Assembly: GCA_903879915.1 (NCBI GenBank)
Contig: CAIRNJ010000091.1
Coordinates: 95,718-159,717, forward strand
Reading direction: 5' to 3'
DNA: 64,000 nucleotides
Source of the DNA: an uncultured Elusimicrobia bacterium
Lineage (GTDB): Bacteria; Elusimicrobiota; Elusimicrobia; Elusimicrobiales; UBA9959
The position numbers and the translations under genes were made by a program. Shown one piece after another: positions 51,786-59,772 of the stretch (position 1 is the stretch's first letter; each line of letters opens with the position of its first letter). The notes under the pieces were generated by a model. It was not told where the DNA came from. It did not search any database and saw nothing but the letters and a program-made list of their open reading frames with translations.

Positions 51786-51969
51786 TTAAACCACGGGTTT
51801 AGGAAAATGCGTTATCCCTAAGCCGCCGCTCCTGGGCCGTAATACGGGGCGGCGCTGGTTCCGCGGCCTCATGTGGCCGGTCCGCCAACGGAGTAAACTA
51901 TAGTAAGAAGTTTTGAAAGCCGCGCGGCCGGACAGCCGGAGCGGAACATAAATAAGGAGAGCAACTAAC
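51786..51969 (+). promoter_or_regulatory. Type-1 upstream cassette, copy L (the only plus-strand copy)
   Basis: P0 at 51786..51802 (TTAAACC-ACG-GGTTTAG), core TAAGCCGCCGCTCCTGGG at 51819..51836, CCTCATG at 51867..51873 and AGTAAACT at 51892..51899. Linkers are 16/30/18 nt and the leader is 70 nt. Confidence 0.75.
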
Positions 51970-52968
51970 ATGAAAAGAACAGTATGCGCTGCGGTGGCGG
52001 TGTTGTTGGGGGGAAATGTTTGTTACGCGGGAGAAGCTGCTCTTAACTCTTTAAGAGCCGCCGTTACGCCTTCGGCTCTGGCCGAGGCGGCTTCGCCGGA
52101 AAGCCCCAGGGGCTATGTGGTAGAGAACGATGCCCTGGCCGGTGCGCCATCCACTCCGGTGGAATGGGTTTCGGTGGGCGGCGGCCGGTTCATAATGGGC
52201 ACCGACAGCGCGGACGAGCAGTTCGCGGCGTCCAAACCGGCCCACGCTGTCAATGTAAGGTCTTTCGAGCTGTCCAGAACGCCCGTTACGGTGGAGCAAT
52301 ACGCGGAATGCGTGGTGAAAGGCAAATGCACGGAGCCGGGCACCGAGAAAGTGCCGGGTTCTAAACCGCCGCATTACGGCTACTGGATCGATCCTTCCGG
52401 GCCCGTGAATTTCACCGGCTACTGCAACTGGAAGGTGCCGGGCAAAGAACTTCACCCGGTCAACTGCGTAAGCTTCAAGCAGGCCGCGGATTACGCTAAG
52501 TTCAAGGGCGCGCGGCTGCCCACCGAGGCCGAATGGGAATACGCGGCCACCGGCGGCGGCAATAACCTGAAATATCCCTGGGGCAACAATAATCCCACGC
52601 CGGAAACGGTGGTGATGGATTTCTGCGGCGGCTACGCCGGCTGCCCCGGCCTCTACGGCCCCAAGCCGGTCTGCTCCAAGCCCGCGGGCAACGCGAAGGT
52701 GTCGGGCGGCGAGCTGTGCGACATGGCCGGCAACGTGTGGCAGTGGTTGCAGGACGGCTACAGGGATTCTTATAAAGGCGCGCCGGTCAACGGCTCCGCC
52801 GTCAGGGGCAGCGCGACCGGCGAACGGGTGGTGCGCGGCGGCTCTTTCGGAGACTACGGCGGGCCCGGCGACGGCCCCACCGATTCCTTCGCCTCGCGCT
52901 CGGATTACCGCGGCCACCGCAGCCCCGCCGGCCAGTACGACTTCCTCGGGTTCAGGCTGGCCAGGTAA
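51970..52968 (+). CDS. Secreted FGE-sulfatase (SUMF1/EgtB-like) domain protein, paralog 2
   Basis: Signal module MKRTVCAAVAVLLGGNVCYAGEAALNSLR. CDMAGNVWQWLQD, RVVRGGSF and GFRLAR are present. Confidence 0.78.
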   Translation: MKRTVCAAVAVLLGGNVCYAGEAALNSLRAAVTPSALAEAASPESPRGYVVENDALAGAPSTPVEWVSVGGGRFIMGTDSADEQFAASKPAHAVNVRSFELSRTPVTVEQYAECVVKGKCTEPGTEKVPGSKPPHYGYWIDPSGPVNFTGYCNWKVPGKELHPVNCVSFKQAADYAKFKGARLPTEAEWEYAATGGGNNLKYPWGNNNPTPETVVMDFCGGYAGCPGLYGPKPVCSKPAGNAKVSGGELCDMAGNVWQWLQDGYRDSYKGAPVNGSAVRGSATGERVVRGGSFGDYGGPGDGPTDSFASRSDYRGHRSPAGQYDFLGFRLAR

Positions 52969-53042
52969 AAGTTACGGTTCCGGACCCCCCGGGCGCCACG
53001 CGCGCCCGGGAGCGGACGGTAGAAAGAAAGGGTACGAACAAT

Positions 53043-54410
53043 ATGAAAATAACTCTATACGCCGCGGCAGCAGCGCTGGCAATGGCCGGAGCCGCCTATG
53101 CGGGCACGGCGGCAGAACAGCTGGGGCTTAATACGGAAAAAGCCGCGCGGGCGGCCGCGGCGCTGCCGGCGCCGGCCGCGGTCCGGATGCTGGCCGAAAC
53201 AAAAACTGCTGTTTCCCGACGGCCGGAGAAAGCCGGTCCGGAAAAGCTTAAATTCGACTTCGTTTCAAAATACGAGCGGCTGGACTATATAGCGAAGGCG
53301 TCACTGTGGGTGCCGGAAGCGGAGCTGAATACCGCGGCGCTGGATCTCAGTCAGACTCCTTTCAAGCGCCCCTGGTACCGGCCCGACGAGACTGTGGACT
53401 GTAAATACATCCCTATGGCGGCCGCCTACGCGGAAGGCAAGCCCAACGGCGCCACGCCCAAGTTCAAATGCGAGGACGCGAAAGGCAGGAAGCTCAAGGT
53501 GAAATACGGCCTGGAGGACGGCGAGGTCTATACGGAAGTGGCCGCTACCTGGATCATGACCGCGATCGGCGCCTATGCCGATAAAATGTATCCTGTCAGG
53601 CTGAATTGCCCGGACTGCCCGTCCGATCCTTTCGAAAGCGAAGAGGACAGGGGCGGGTGGGCGAACGGCGCCAAAGTAGCCGTCGAGGACAAGCTCGCGG
53701 AGCGCATCGAGAACCATGAGAATTCCGGGATAGGCTTCGACGAATATTTCCGCATCGAGAACAGGATGGAGGCGGAAGCGCTGATCGGGCTGGCACATTT
53801 CCTGAAGAACGGGGACAATAAAGCCGCCAATCAGGCGCTGGGCTGCCTGTCAAAGGACATGGCAAGGGACCCCGCCGACGGAAAGGTAAAATGCCTGAAA
53901 CCTATAGTTTATCTGCAGGACACCGGCATGGCTTTCGGCGCGCCCGGCGTGTTCTCGTTCGGCAAGGGTAAAATGGATTTTGACGCCTGGGCGCATGCGC
54001 GGGTATGGGACGACGCGGCTAAATGCAGGCTTTCCATGAAAACGCACATCACCTGTTCGTCCTTCGAGCGGGTAGATTTCAGCGGCCGGGACCAGCATCA
54101 GATAGGCGAAAAAGCCCGGCAGCTGCTGGTGCGCAGGCTGTCGCTGCTTTCGCGCGCGCAGCTGATAGACATTTTTACCGCTGCCCGCGCCCCCGAGCGG
54201 GAGCCCAGGCACACGGCGCAGGAGTGGGCGGACCTGTTCCTCAATAAGGTGGAGGAACTGCGCAACCCCGCCGGCGCGGGGAACCCCGGGAAGTTCTCCT
54301 GCCCTTACGACATAGTGCCGCGGAATTCCGCGGACCTGTCCCTTTATGAGTTTACCGGAGACTATACCTGTTATCCCGACGGTACGCAGTATAACCCGTA
54401 TGGACACTGA
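53043..54410 (+). CDS. Secreted protein with kinase-like catalytic-loop motifs (function unproven)
   Basis: Signal peptide MKITLYAAAAALAMAGAAYAG. KLKVKYG...EVYTEVAATWIM resembles the Lys/Glu pair, LKNGDNKAANQ resembles G-D-x-K/H-x-x-N as in GDRHxxN, and YLQDTGMAFG is DFG-like. Confidence 0.55.
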   Translation: MKITLYAAAAALAMAGAAYAGTAAEQLGLNTEKAARAAAALPAPAAVRMLAETKTAVSRRPEKAGPEKLKFDFVSKYERLDYIAKASLWVPEAELNTAALDLSQTPFKRPWYRPDETVDCKYIPMAAAYAEGKPNGATPKFKCEDAKGRKLKVKYGLEDGEVYTEVAATWIMTAIGAYADKMYPVRLNCPDCPSDPFESEEDRGGWANGAKVAVEDKLAERIENHENSGIGFDEYFRIENRMEAEALIGLAHFLKNGDNKAANQALGCLSKDMARDPADGKVKCLKPIVYLQDTGMAFGAPGVFSFGKGKMDFDAWAHARVWDDAAKCRLSMKTHITCSSFERVDFSGRDQHQIGEKARQLLVRRLSLLSRAQLIDIFTAARAPEREPRHTAQEWADLFLNKVEELRNPAGAGNPGKFSCPYDIVPRNSADLSLYEFTGDYTCYPDGTQYNPYGH

Positions 54411-54506
54411 ATACAGGGAACATCTAGTATGCTTAAGAGAACTTCCTTAAGCGCCTGCTGCCCGGGAACAGTGTGCGCTGACCGTTAACGGAAGACCCCA
54501 CGGTAC

Positions 54507-54535
54507 TTGACAGACGTAATTGCGCGCTATACAAT
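54507..54535 (+). promoter_or_regulatory. Canonical sigma70-type promoter
   Basis: TTGACA (54507..54512), a 17-nt spacer, then TACAAT (54530..54535). It lies ~50 nt upstream of ATG 54587. Confidence 0.65.
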
Positions 54536-54586
54536 TGAATAACCGAACTGGACAAGATTTTACAGGTCAGGCTTTCAGGAGAAAAT

Positions 54587-55672
54587 ATGAAACGGATAAA
54601 TATAGCGGTCTTTGCTGTTCTGGCGGCTGCGGGCGCCTGGATAGTTCCCGGCATAAGTACAGCTTCGGAGTATGTTCCTCCGGCCGGCCTGCGTGACGCC
54701 GTTGCCGATAACGGCGGGCAGGCGATGCAAAGTCTGCCTAAGGCAGCGCTGGAAGGTCCCGCCGCCCCCAGAGTTACCCCACCCTCTCCCAAAAAAGGAG
54801 CTATTGAGGTTCCGGAACATAAGGTGCTGAAAATATATTCGAATAAACCTCTCCCGGAGGCAAAGATAGAAGAGGATAAAAAGAACGTGACGGTCTGGGT
54901 CAACCCCGACTGCAGCAACAAGAACTGCGAGGTGAAAGCGGTCAGGTTCGCCTCCTGGGATTACAGGATCACCGCCCAGGGAGAGCTGTCTTTCGCCAGC
55001 GGCTTTTCGGCGCATTACAGGACCGATACGGTCCCGACCCTGGAGAAGTACGGTTTCGTGCAGTGGATCAAAGGCTGCGTTTTTGACTCCGAGGTGGAGA
55101 ACGGGAAGCTTAAATACACCCACGCTTACTCGCGCCCCTACTGGCAGCATGGGACGGAGGAACAGGACCACTACGCCAGTTTCCATCATCCGGTGCTGGC
55201 GCTGGACAGCGTGGACGCCGATCCCGTGTACGCCAGTTCGCCCGGCGTGCCGCACCCGGGCGGCTACAAATGGAACCGCGTCAGGGGGTCATTAGCGAAT
55301 GACTCGATGGTGCGTTATTTTAACGAAAAGCCCGTGGTGCCGGAGCTGTACGTTACCGACTATCCCTCCACTTCGTTCACTCACACTCTCGGCGGAGTGA
55401 AGCTGGCCAAGAACACCTCGCTGACTTTCCGCACCTGCTTGTACAGGATAGCCGATATCCCGCAGGTGACCGCCCCGGAAACGGACGTTTTCCCGGGCGC
55501 GCTGGTCTGCTACGACTGGAGCTCGTCGCATATCTATAACCATACCGCCAAAGTTTTCGAGAAGTGGGACAGGCTGCATCCGGAATGCGCGCGAAGCCTG
55601 GCCGAGATAGAAGCGGAAAAGAACGCGCCCGCTCTTCAGGGGAAATCCATTATTCGGGACATGGAAAAATAA
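54587..55672 (+). CDS. Secreted hypothetical protein
   Basis: Signal peptide MKRINIAVFAVLAAAGAW and an AGGAGAAAA Shine-Dalgarno. I recognised no domain. Confidence 0.6.
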   Translation: MKRINIAVFAVLAAAGAWIVPGISTASEYVPPAGLRDAVADNGGQAMQSLPKAALEGPAAPRVTPPSPKKGAIEVPEHKVLKIYSNKPLPEAKIEEDKKNVTVWVNPDCSNKNCEVKAVRFASWDYRITAQGELSFASGFSAHYRTDTVPTLEKYGFVQWIKGCVFDSEVENGKLKYTHAYSRPYWQHGTEEQDHYASFHHPVLALDSVDADPVYASSPGVPHPGGYKWNRVRGSLANDSMVRYFNEKPVVPELYVTDYPSTSFTHTLGGVKLAKNTSLTFRTCLYRIADIPQVTAPETDVFPGALVCYDWSSSHIYNHTAKVFEKWDRLHPECARSLAEIEAEKNAPALQGKSIIRDMEK

Positions 55673-55833
55673 ATATTCCCGCCGCCTGCCAGCCCAGGGC
55701 CGCTACGCCGGCCATATAGTATTTAGTATTTCTCCTTAAAGTCCGGACAAGTCCGCGGCGGGGCGTCCCGCCATCCCGCACGCTACGTATAAATAAAAAC
55801 GCTCCTCAGCGGCGCCGCCGCTGGTTGCGTATA

Positions 55834-55997
55834 GTGCCCTTTCAGGGTACTAAAACTCTCTTATTCATACGAAGGCCGGCGTAAGCCAAAAAACTTTCCT
55901 GCCGGGTCCGGCGCCTCTTATCGCGCGCCGGGGAACAAGGTAGACTTATATTAAGAAGTTAGGAGATTCCCGGAAAGCCGTAATAAAGGAGAGCAAT
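55834..55997 (+). promoter_or_regulatory. Type-2 upstream cassette, copy 1
   Basis: Hairpin GTGCCC-tttca-GGGTAC at 55834..55850, then 23 nt, then GGCCGGCGTAAGCCAAAAAACTTTCCTGCCGGGT...GCCTCTTA..., then TAGACT at 55941..55946. It aligns without gaps to 63208..63320. Confidence 0.6.
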
Positions 55998-56130
55998 ATG
56001 CCAAAGGTCTTGATAACTCATGATTTCGCGGTGAAGGCAGAGGCGCCTGGGCGGATACCGCGGCCGAAAGGTCCGGGGCCGCGGCTGGCAGTAAAATAGC
56101 GGGTGCTGCGGCTACGGACGGCTATTGCGT
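55998..56130 (+). pseudogene. Decayed duplicate of the 5' end of gene 56197..57183
   Basis: ATGccaaaggtcttgataac...gggcgcctgggcggataccgcggcc...tccggggccgcggctggcagtaaaatag parallels ATGacaaagatattgataac...gggcgcctgggcgggtaccgccgcc...tccgggccgcggccggcggggaaatag. A stop occurs after 33 codons. Confidence 0.5.
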
Positions 56131-56196
56131 TCCGCGGCTGCCTCCCGGCAACGCCATTGCGTCGCAATAATAAACACGGGGAATAATAGGAGCGAT

Positions 56197-57183
56197 ATGA
56201 CAAAGATATTGATAACGCTGGTTCTTGCGGCGCTGGCCCGGGGCGCCTGGGCGGGTACCGCCGCCAACCAGCTCCGGGCCGCGGCCGGCGGGGAAATAGT
56301 GTACGCGACTGAGCCGCCGGTTTCAGCGCCGGCTAAGGCCGGGCAGGAAGAGGGGCCCTATCTCCCCAGGCTTAAACCCGTATCCTATAGCGATATTACC
56401 GCCGGGCTTAAGAAAGCCCGGGGCCTGGTCTTTGAATGGAAAGAGAATACCGCGGCGCCCAGGTTCGCCGTTCCCTGGACCTATCTTAACGGTAACCATT
56501 GCGCCGACCGCGCCCTGGCTACCTATCTGGCGCTGGCTGCGCCTGACGGCCAGCCTGTGCTGAAGATCCCGCTGTCGCAGGCGGCCGCGAACGCTTACAC
56601 CGCCTCTCCGGCCATAGAAGCCACGCAGATAGACCTGATGGCGCCGATCAACGGAAAGCAAACCCTGTATTTCCCGGACGGCACCTCCAAGGAATATCCC
56701 ATCAGCTGGTCCCACCACAGGGCTTTAGGCGTTAATGTGGACGGCCAGCTTATGGCCATAGACCTGGCCGCTTCCGACGAACCTCTCCCCATAAAGGATT
56801 GGGTCGGCCTGTATTTCCGTGAGTATGAGAAAGTGAAGTGCTCGAATCTGAACGAGGCGGATTATGTGGAGCTGATGATCTATGAGACCTGCTTGCATAA
56901 CGGCTGGATCCCCGGCCCGCACGGGGAAGTGCCGGTGTGCAAGGAACCGAAGCTGACCTGCGGGTATAAGTTCCTGGAGGATGTCGGCTTTGATCCTAAG
57001 GTGAAAGGGGATGCCTGGGGAGGGCTTATCTCCGCGACCGCCGGGGTCGCGTACGCGTTCGCCTCGGACCTGCAGAATTTGCAGGCAGATACGGGATTAA
57101 AACTGGACCCGGTCAAGGAAGTCCCTGATCTGCGTTCGAAGCTGATCCTCGATTATCCCAGTACCTGGACGCATAAGTATTAG
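56197..57183 (+). CDS. Secreted protein-glutaminase-like (papain-fold Cys-His-Asp) protein
   Basis: I moved the start to MTKILITLVLAALARGAWAG (ATG 56197, AGGAG upstream). NGNHCADRALATYL, SWSHHRALGV and MAIDLA parallel DGCYARAHKM, AWSYHVAILV and IIDPS of Chryseobacterium protein-glutaminase. Confidence 0.5.
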   Translation: MTKILITLVLAALARGAWAGTAANQLRAAAGGEIVYATEPPVSAPAKAGQEEGPYLPRLKPVSYSDITAGLKKARGLVFEWKENTAAPRFAVPWTYLNGNHCADRALATYLALAAPDGQPVLKIPLSQAAANAYTASPAIEATQIDLMAPINGKQTLYFPDGTSKEYPISWSHHRALGVNVDGQLMAIDLAASDEPLPIKDWVGLYFREYEKVKCSNLNEADYVELMIYETCLHNGWIPGPHGEVPVCKEPKLTCGYKFLEDVGFDPKVKGDAWGGLISATAGVAYAFASDLQNLQADTGLKLDPVKEVPDLRSKLILDYPSTWTHKY

Positions 57184-57262
57184 CAGCTGCTGAGCCCGCG
57201 TTGCGGGGTATCCGATAAGTAACCAGGTTCTTTTGTAAGAAGCCTTAATAAATATAAAGCCG

Positions 57263-57310
57263 GGGACATAATATCGTGAGGTCTAAACGGTATTATGTCC
57301 CTGACTTTTT
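57263..57310 (+). terminator. Rho-independent terminator
   Basis: GGGACATAATA (57263..57273) pairs with TATTATGTCCC (57291..57301) around a 17-nt loop, followed by TGACTTTTT. Confidence 0.65.
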
Positions 57311-57367
57311 ATGGCGCGTTGTTTTGAATACACAAAGACAAGTTAACGCTACATAATGGAAAACATA

Positions 57368-57396
57368 TTTACAAAAGAATATGTCTGTGATATACT
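57368..57396 (+). promoter_or_regulatory. Sigma70-type promoter of the FG-GAP/C1/C11 operon
   Basis: TTTACA (57368..57373), a 17-nt spacer, then TATACT (57391..57396). Confidence 0.6.
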
Positions 57397-57438
57397 TTCA
57401 GGAGGTTTTTAGCCTGTAGCGCAGCGAAGGAGTAAATA

Positions 57439-58824
57439 ATGAGGAAAACGAACTTTGTCCAGGGTTATTCTGCGGCCGCATTGATGGCGGCGGGCCTGAC
57501 GCTGGCAGCAGGGATAGGTTCTGCGGGCGCCGCGCCGGTCTCGGCCTCTGATGTCCCGTGCCGCGGAGAGGGCTGGCAGAACTGCGTGAACCCGGAGATC
57601 CCTGACAGGTCCGTTCCGGGTCCCGTGCTGTCGTTATCGGCGGCGTCGGCCTATGAAACTATAGTTATCGACCCCGCGCCTGAAAAACCGGCTTTTATCC
57701 TGTCCAACGATATAAACGGCGACGGCTTCCCGGAGCTGATAGTGAGCAAGTTCGCGGGCTCGGGGCCCACCGGCAGCGGGGCGCTGGACATTTATTCCAT
57801 GGATACTCCCGGCGATCCGCGCAAATGGAAGAAGCAGCGCGTGGCCGACAAAATTAAATTCCCGAACATGGTAACGGTGGACGACGTGAACGGCGATTCG
57901 AAACCCGACATCCTGCTGCCGTACGGCTTCCTGGCCTGCACGCCTGGAAAATGCGGCGGCATCGAGTGGCTGGAGAACACCGGCGGCGGCTGGACGCGGC
58001 ATACGGTGATCACCAACTACGGGCGCTTCTTCCACCGGGCGAAGCTGGTGGACATGGACGGCGACGGCATAAAGGATATCCTGGCCGTGGGCGAAGAAAA
58101 GGGCCTTACGGGCGCCGGCTCGGCGGAGGTCTACATGTTCAAAGGCGCCGGCGGCGGCTCGTTCAGCTCCAAGCCGGCGTTCGTGGACGCGGGCATGGGC
58201 GCCCTTTTTGACGCGGGGGACGTGGACGGCGACGGCGACACCGACATGGTCTCGCCGGAATTTTTCGGCAGGAAAACTTCTTTCGCCTGGCTGGAAAACT
58301 CCGCGCCCGGCGTGTGGAAGCGGCACGCCATAGATAACACCAGCGGCGGCGGCATGCAGATAACGCTGGTGCCGAACCTTTACGGCGACGGCCGGCTGCG
58401 GGCCGTGGCCGACAACCACACCAATACAAGCGACGACCAGGCCGCTCCCGAGTCGGCGGTGTTCGTGTTCGACATCCCCGCCGGCCCAGCCGGCGGCGCC
58501 TGGTCCAAGACGAAGATCTCGGAAGGCATCAAATGCCGCAAATCCCCGCTGATGGGGCCGCAGGGCGCGCCCGGCCCGCTGGACTGGGGCGACGCCGACG
58601 GCGACGGGGACATAGACGTGCTGGTGCACGGCGACGGCGACCCGAGGGCTTTCCTGCTGGAGCAGGTAACGCCGGGCAAGTTCCGCACCGTGGTGATAGC
58701 CGAGGACGTGCCGCAGGGCGCGGCTTCTTTCTCCGATACCGATAAGGACGGCATTCCGGAAGTGGTGGTTTCGAGCTACGAAAAGGACAAGCTGCTGCTT
58801 CTGAAAAAAAGACCGGGCAAATGA
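57439..58824 (+). CDS. Secreted FG-GAP/VCBS repeat (integrin-alpha-like beta-propeller) protein
   Basis: Recurrent Ca-binding loops DINGDGFPELIV, DVNGDSKPDILL, DMDGDGIKDIL, DVDGDGDTDMV, DADGDGDIDVLV and DTDKDGIPEVVV. A signal peptide is present. Confidence 0.8.
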   Translation: MRKTNFVQGYSAAALMAAGLTLAAGIGSAGAAPVSASDVPCRGEGWQNCVNPEIPDRSVPGPVLSLSAASAYETIVIDPAPEKPAFILSNDINGDGFPELIVSKFAGSGPTGSGALDIYSMDTPGDPRKWKKQRVADKIKFPNMVTVDDVNGDSKPDILLPYGFLACTPGKCGGIEWLENTGGGWTRHTVITNYGRFFHRAKLVDMDGDGIKDILAVGEEKGLTGAGSAEVYMFKGAGGGSFSSKPAFVDAGMGALFDAGDVDGDGDTDMVSPEFFGRKTSFAWLENSAPGVWKRHAIDNTSGGGMQITLVPNLYGDGRLRAVADNHTNTSDDQAAPESAVFVFDIPAGPAGGAWSKTKISEGIKCRKSPLMGPQGAPGPLDWGDADGDGDIDVLVHGDGDPRAFLLEQVTPGKFRTVVIAEDVPQGAASFSDTDKDGIPEVVVSSYEKDKLLLLKKRPGK

Positions 58825-59750
58825 CCAGCAAAAGAATATCGGCAGGCTATGCGGCGCTCCTGTTCTTTTTGTCAATTCCCGCGGCAAGAGTCTTCGGTCT
58901 TGAGGCCGGCGGCGGCAGGCAGCGCCTGGACGCGCTGCGCAGCGGGATAAAAGAAAAAGGCGCGCGCTGGACCGCCGGCGAGACCAGCCTCTCCGGGCTT
59001 TCGTTCGAAGAGCTGCGGCTCAAGGCCGGCCTTTTCGAACAGCTCAACGCCGCGCCGCTGCTGGAAAAGCCTATGGCGGACCTGCCGGCCGCGGCGGACT
59101 GGCGCAGCTTCAACGGCAATTACGTGGGCACCGTAAAAGAGCAGGGAAAATGTAATTCCTGCTGGGCTTTCGCGCTGACCGGCGGGCTGGAATCCCATCT
59201 GATGATAACCAGGGGCAAGCCCGGCGAGAACCTCGACCTGGCGGAGCAGATACTGGTCTCCTGCAGCGGCTTCGGCTCCTGCCGCGGCGGCAGCCTTTAC
59301 GCCAATTACCTGCGGCGCACCGGTCTGCCTCCCGAGCGTTTTTATCCGTATACGGCCGCGGACGGCCCCTGCGAGGCCGCGCAGCCCGGCTGGCAGCAGG
59401 ACGCCTACCGGGCGGAGGAGTGGGATTCGGTCCCCAACAAGCTTTACGACCTGAAGTCGGCGCTGGTGCGCTACGGGCCCCTGCCAGCCGCCATGATAAT
59501 GTACGAGGACCTGGCGCATTACAAGGCCGGCGTTTATTCTTACGTGTCAGGCAAAAAAGTGGGCGACCACGCCGTGCTCATTATAGGCTACGACGACCCC
59601 GGCGGCTATTTTATCGCCAGGAACAGCTGGGGCACGAACTGGGGGGAGAACGGATTTTTCAGGATAGCCTATTCGGAAATGGGCAGCGTGGTGTCGTTCG
59701 CCTACGACTCGGTGGTTTTCAGGTCCGGCGCGGCCGCCGGGCCGCGGTAG
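58821..59750 (+). CDS. Secreted papain-family cysteine peptidase (C1A)
   Basis: QGKCNSCWAFALTGG (Cys), GDHAVLIIGYDD (His) and NSWGTNWGENGFFRIAY (Asn/Trp). It has a 4-nt overlap with the upstream gene. Confidence 0.88.
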   Translation: MTSKRISAGYAALLFFLSIPAARVFGLEAGGGRQRLDALRSGIKEKGARWTAGETSLSGLSFEELRLKAGLFEQLNAAPLLEKPMADLPAAADWRSFNGNYVGTVKEQGKCNSCWAFALTGGLESHLMITRGKPGENLDLAEQILVSCSGFGSCRGGSLYANYLRRTGLPPERFYPYTAADGPCEAAQPGWQQDAYRAEEWDSVPNKLYDLKSALVRYGPLPAAMIMYEDLAHYKAGVYSYVSGKKVGDHAVLIIGYDDPGGYFIARNSWGTNWGENGFFRIAYSEMGSVVSFAYDSVVFRSGAAAGPR

Positions 59751-59772
59751 AACTTTTATGTACGGAGGGAAC

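Noticed and set aside
55998-56099. 33-codon ORF MPKVLITHDFAVKAEAPGRIPRPKGPGPRLAVK as a genuine small gene
   Set aside because: Its DNA is a decayed copy of the signal-peptide region of the next gene, and the hydrophobic core is destroyed. I treat it as a duplication remnant.
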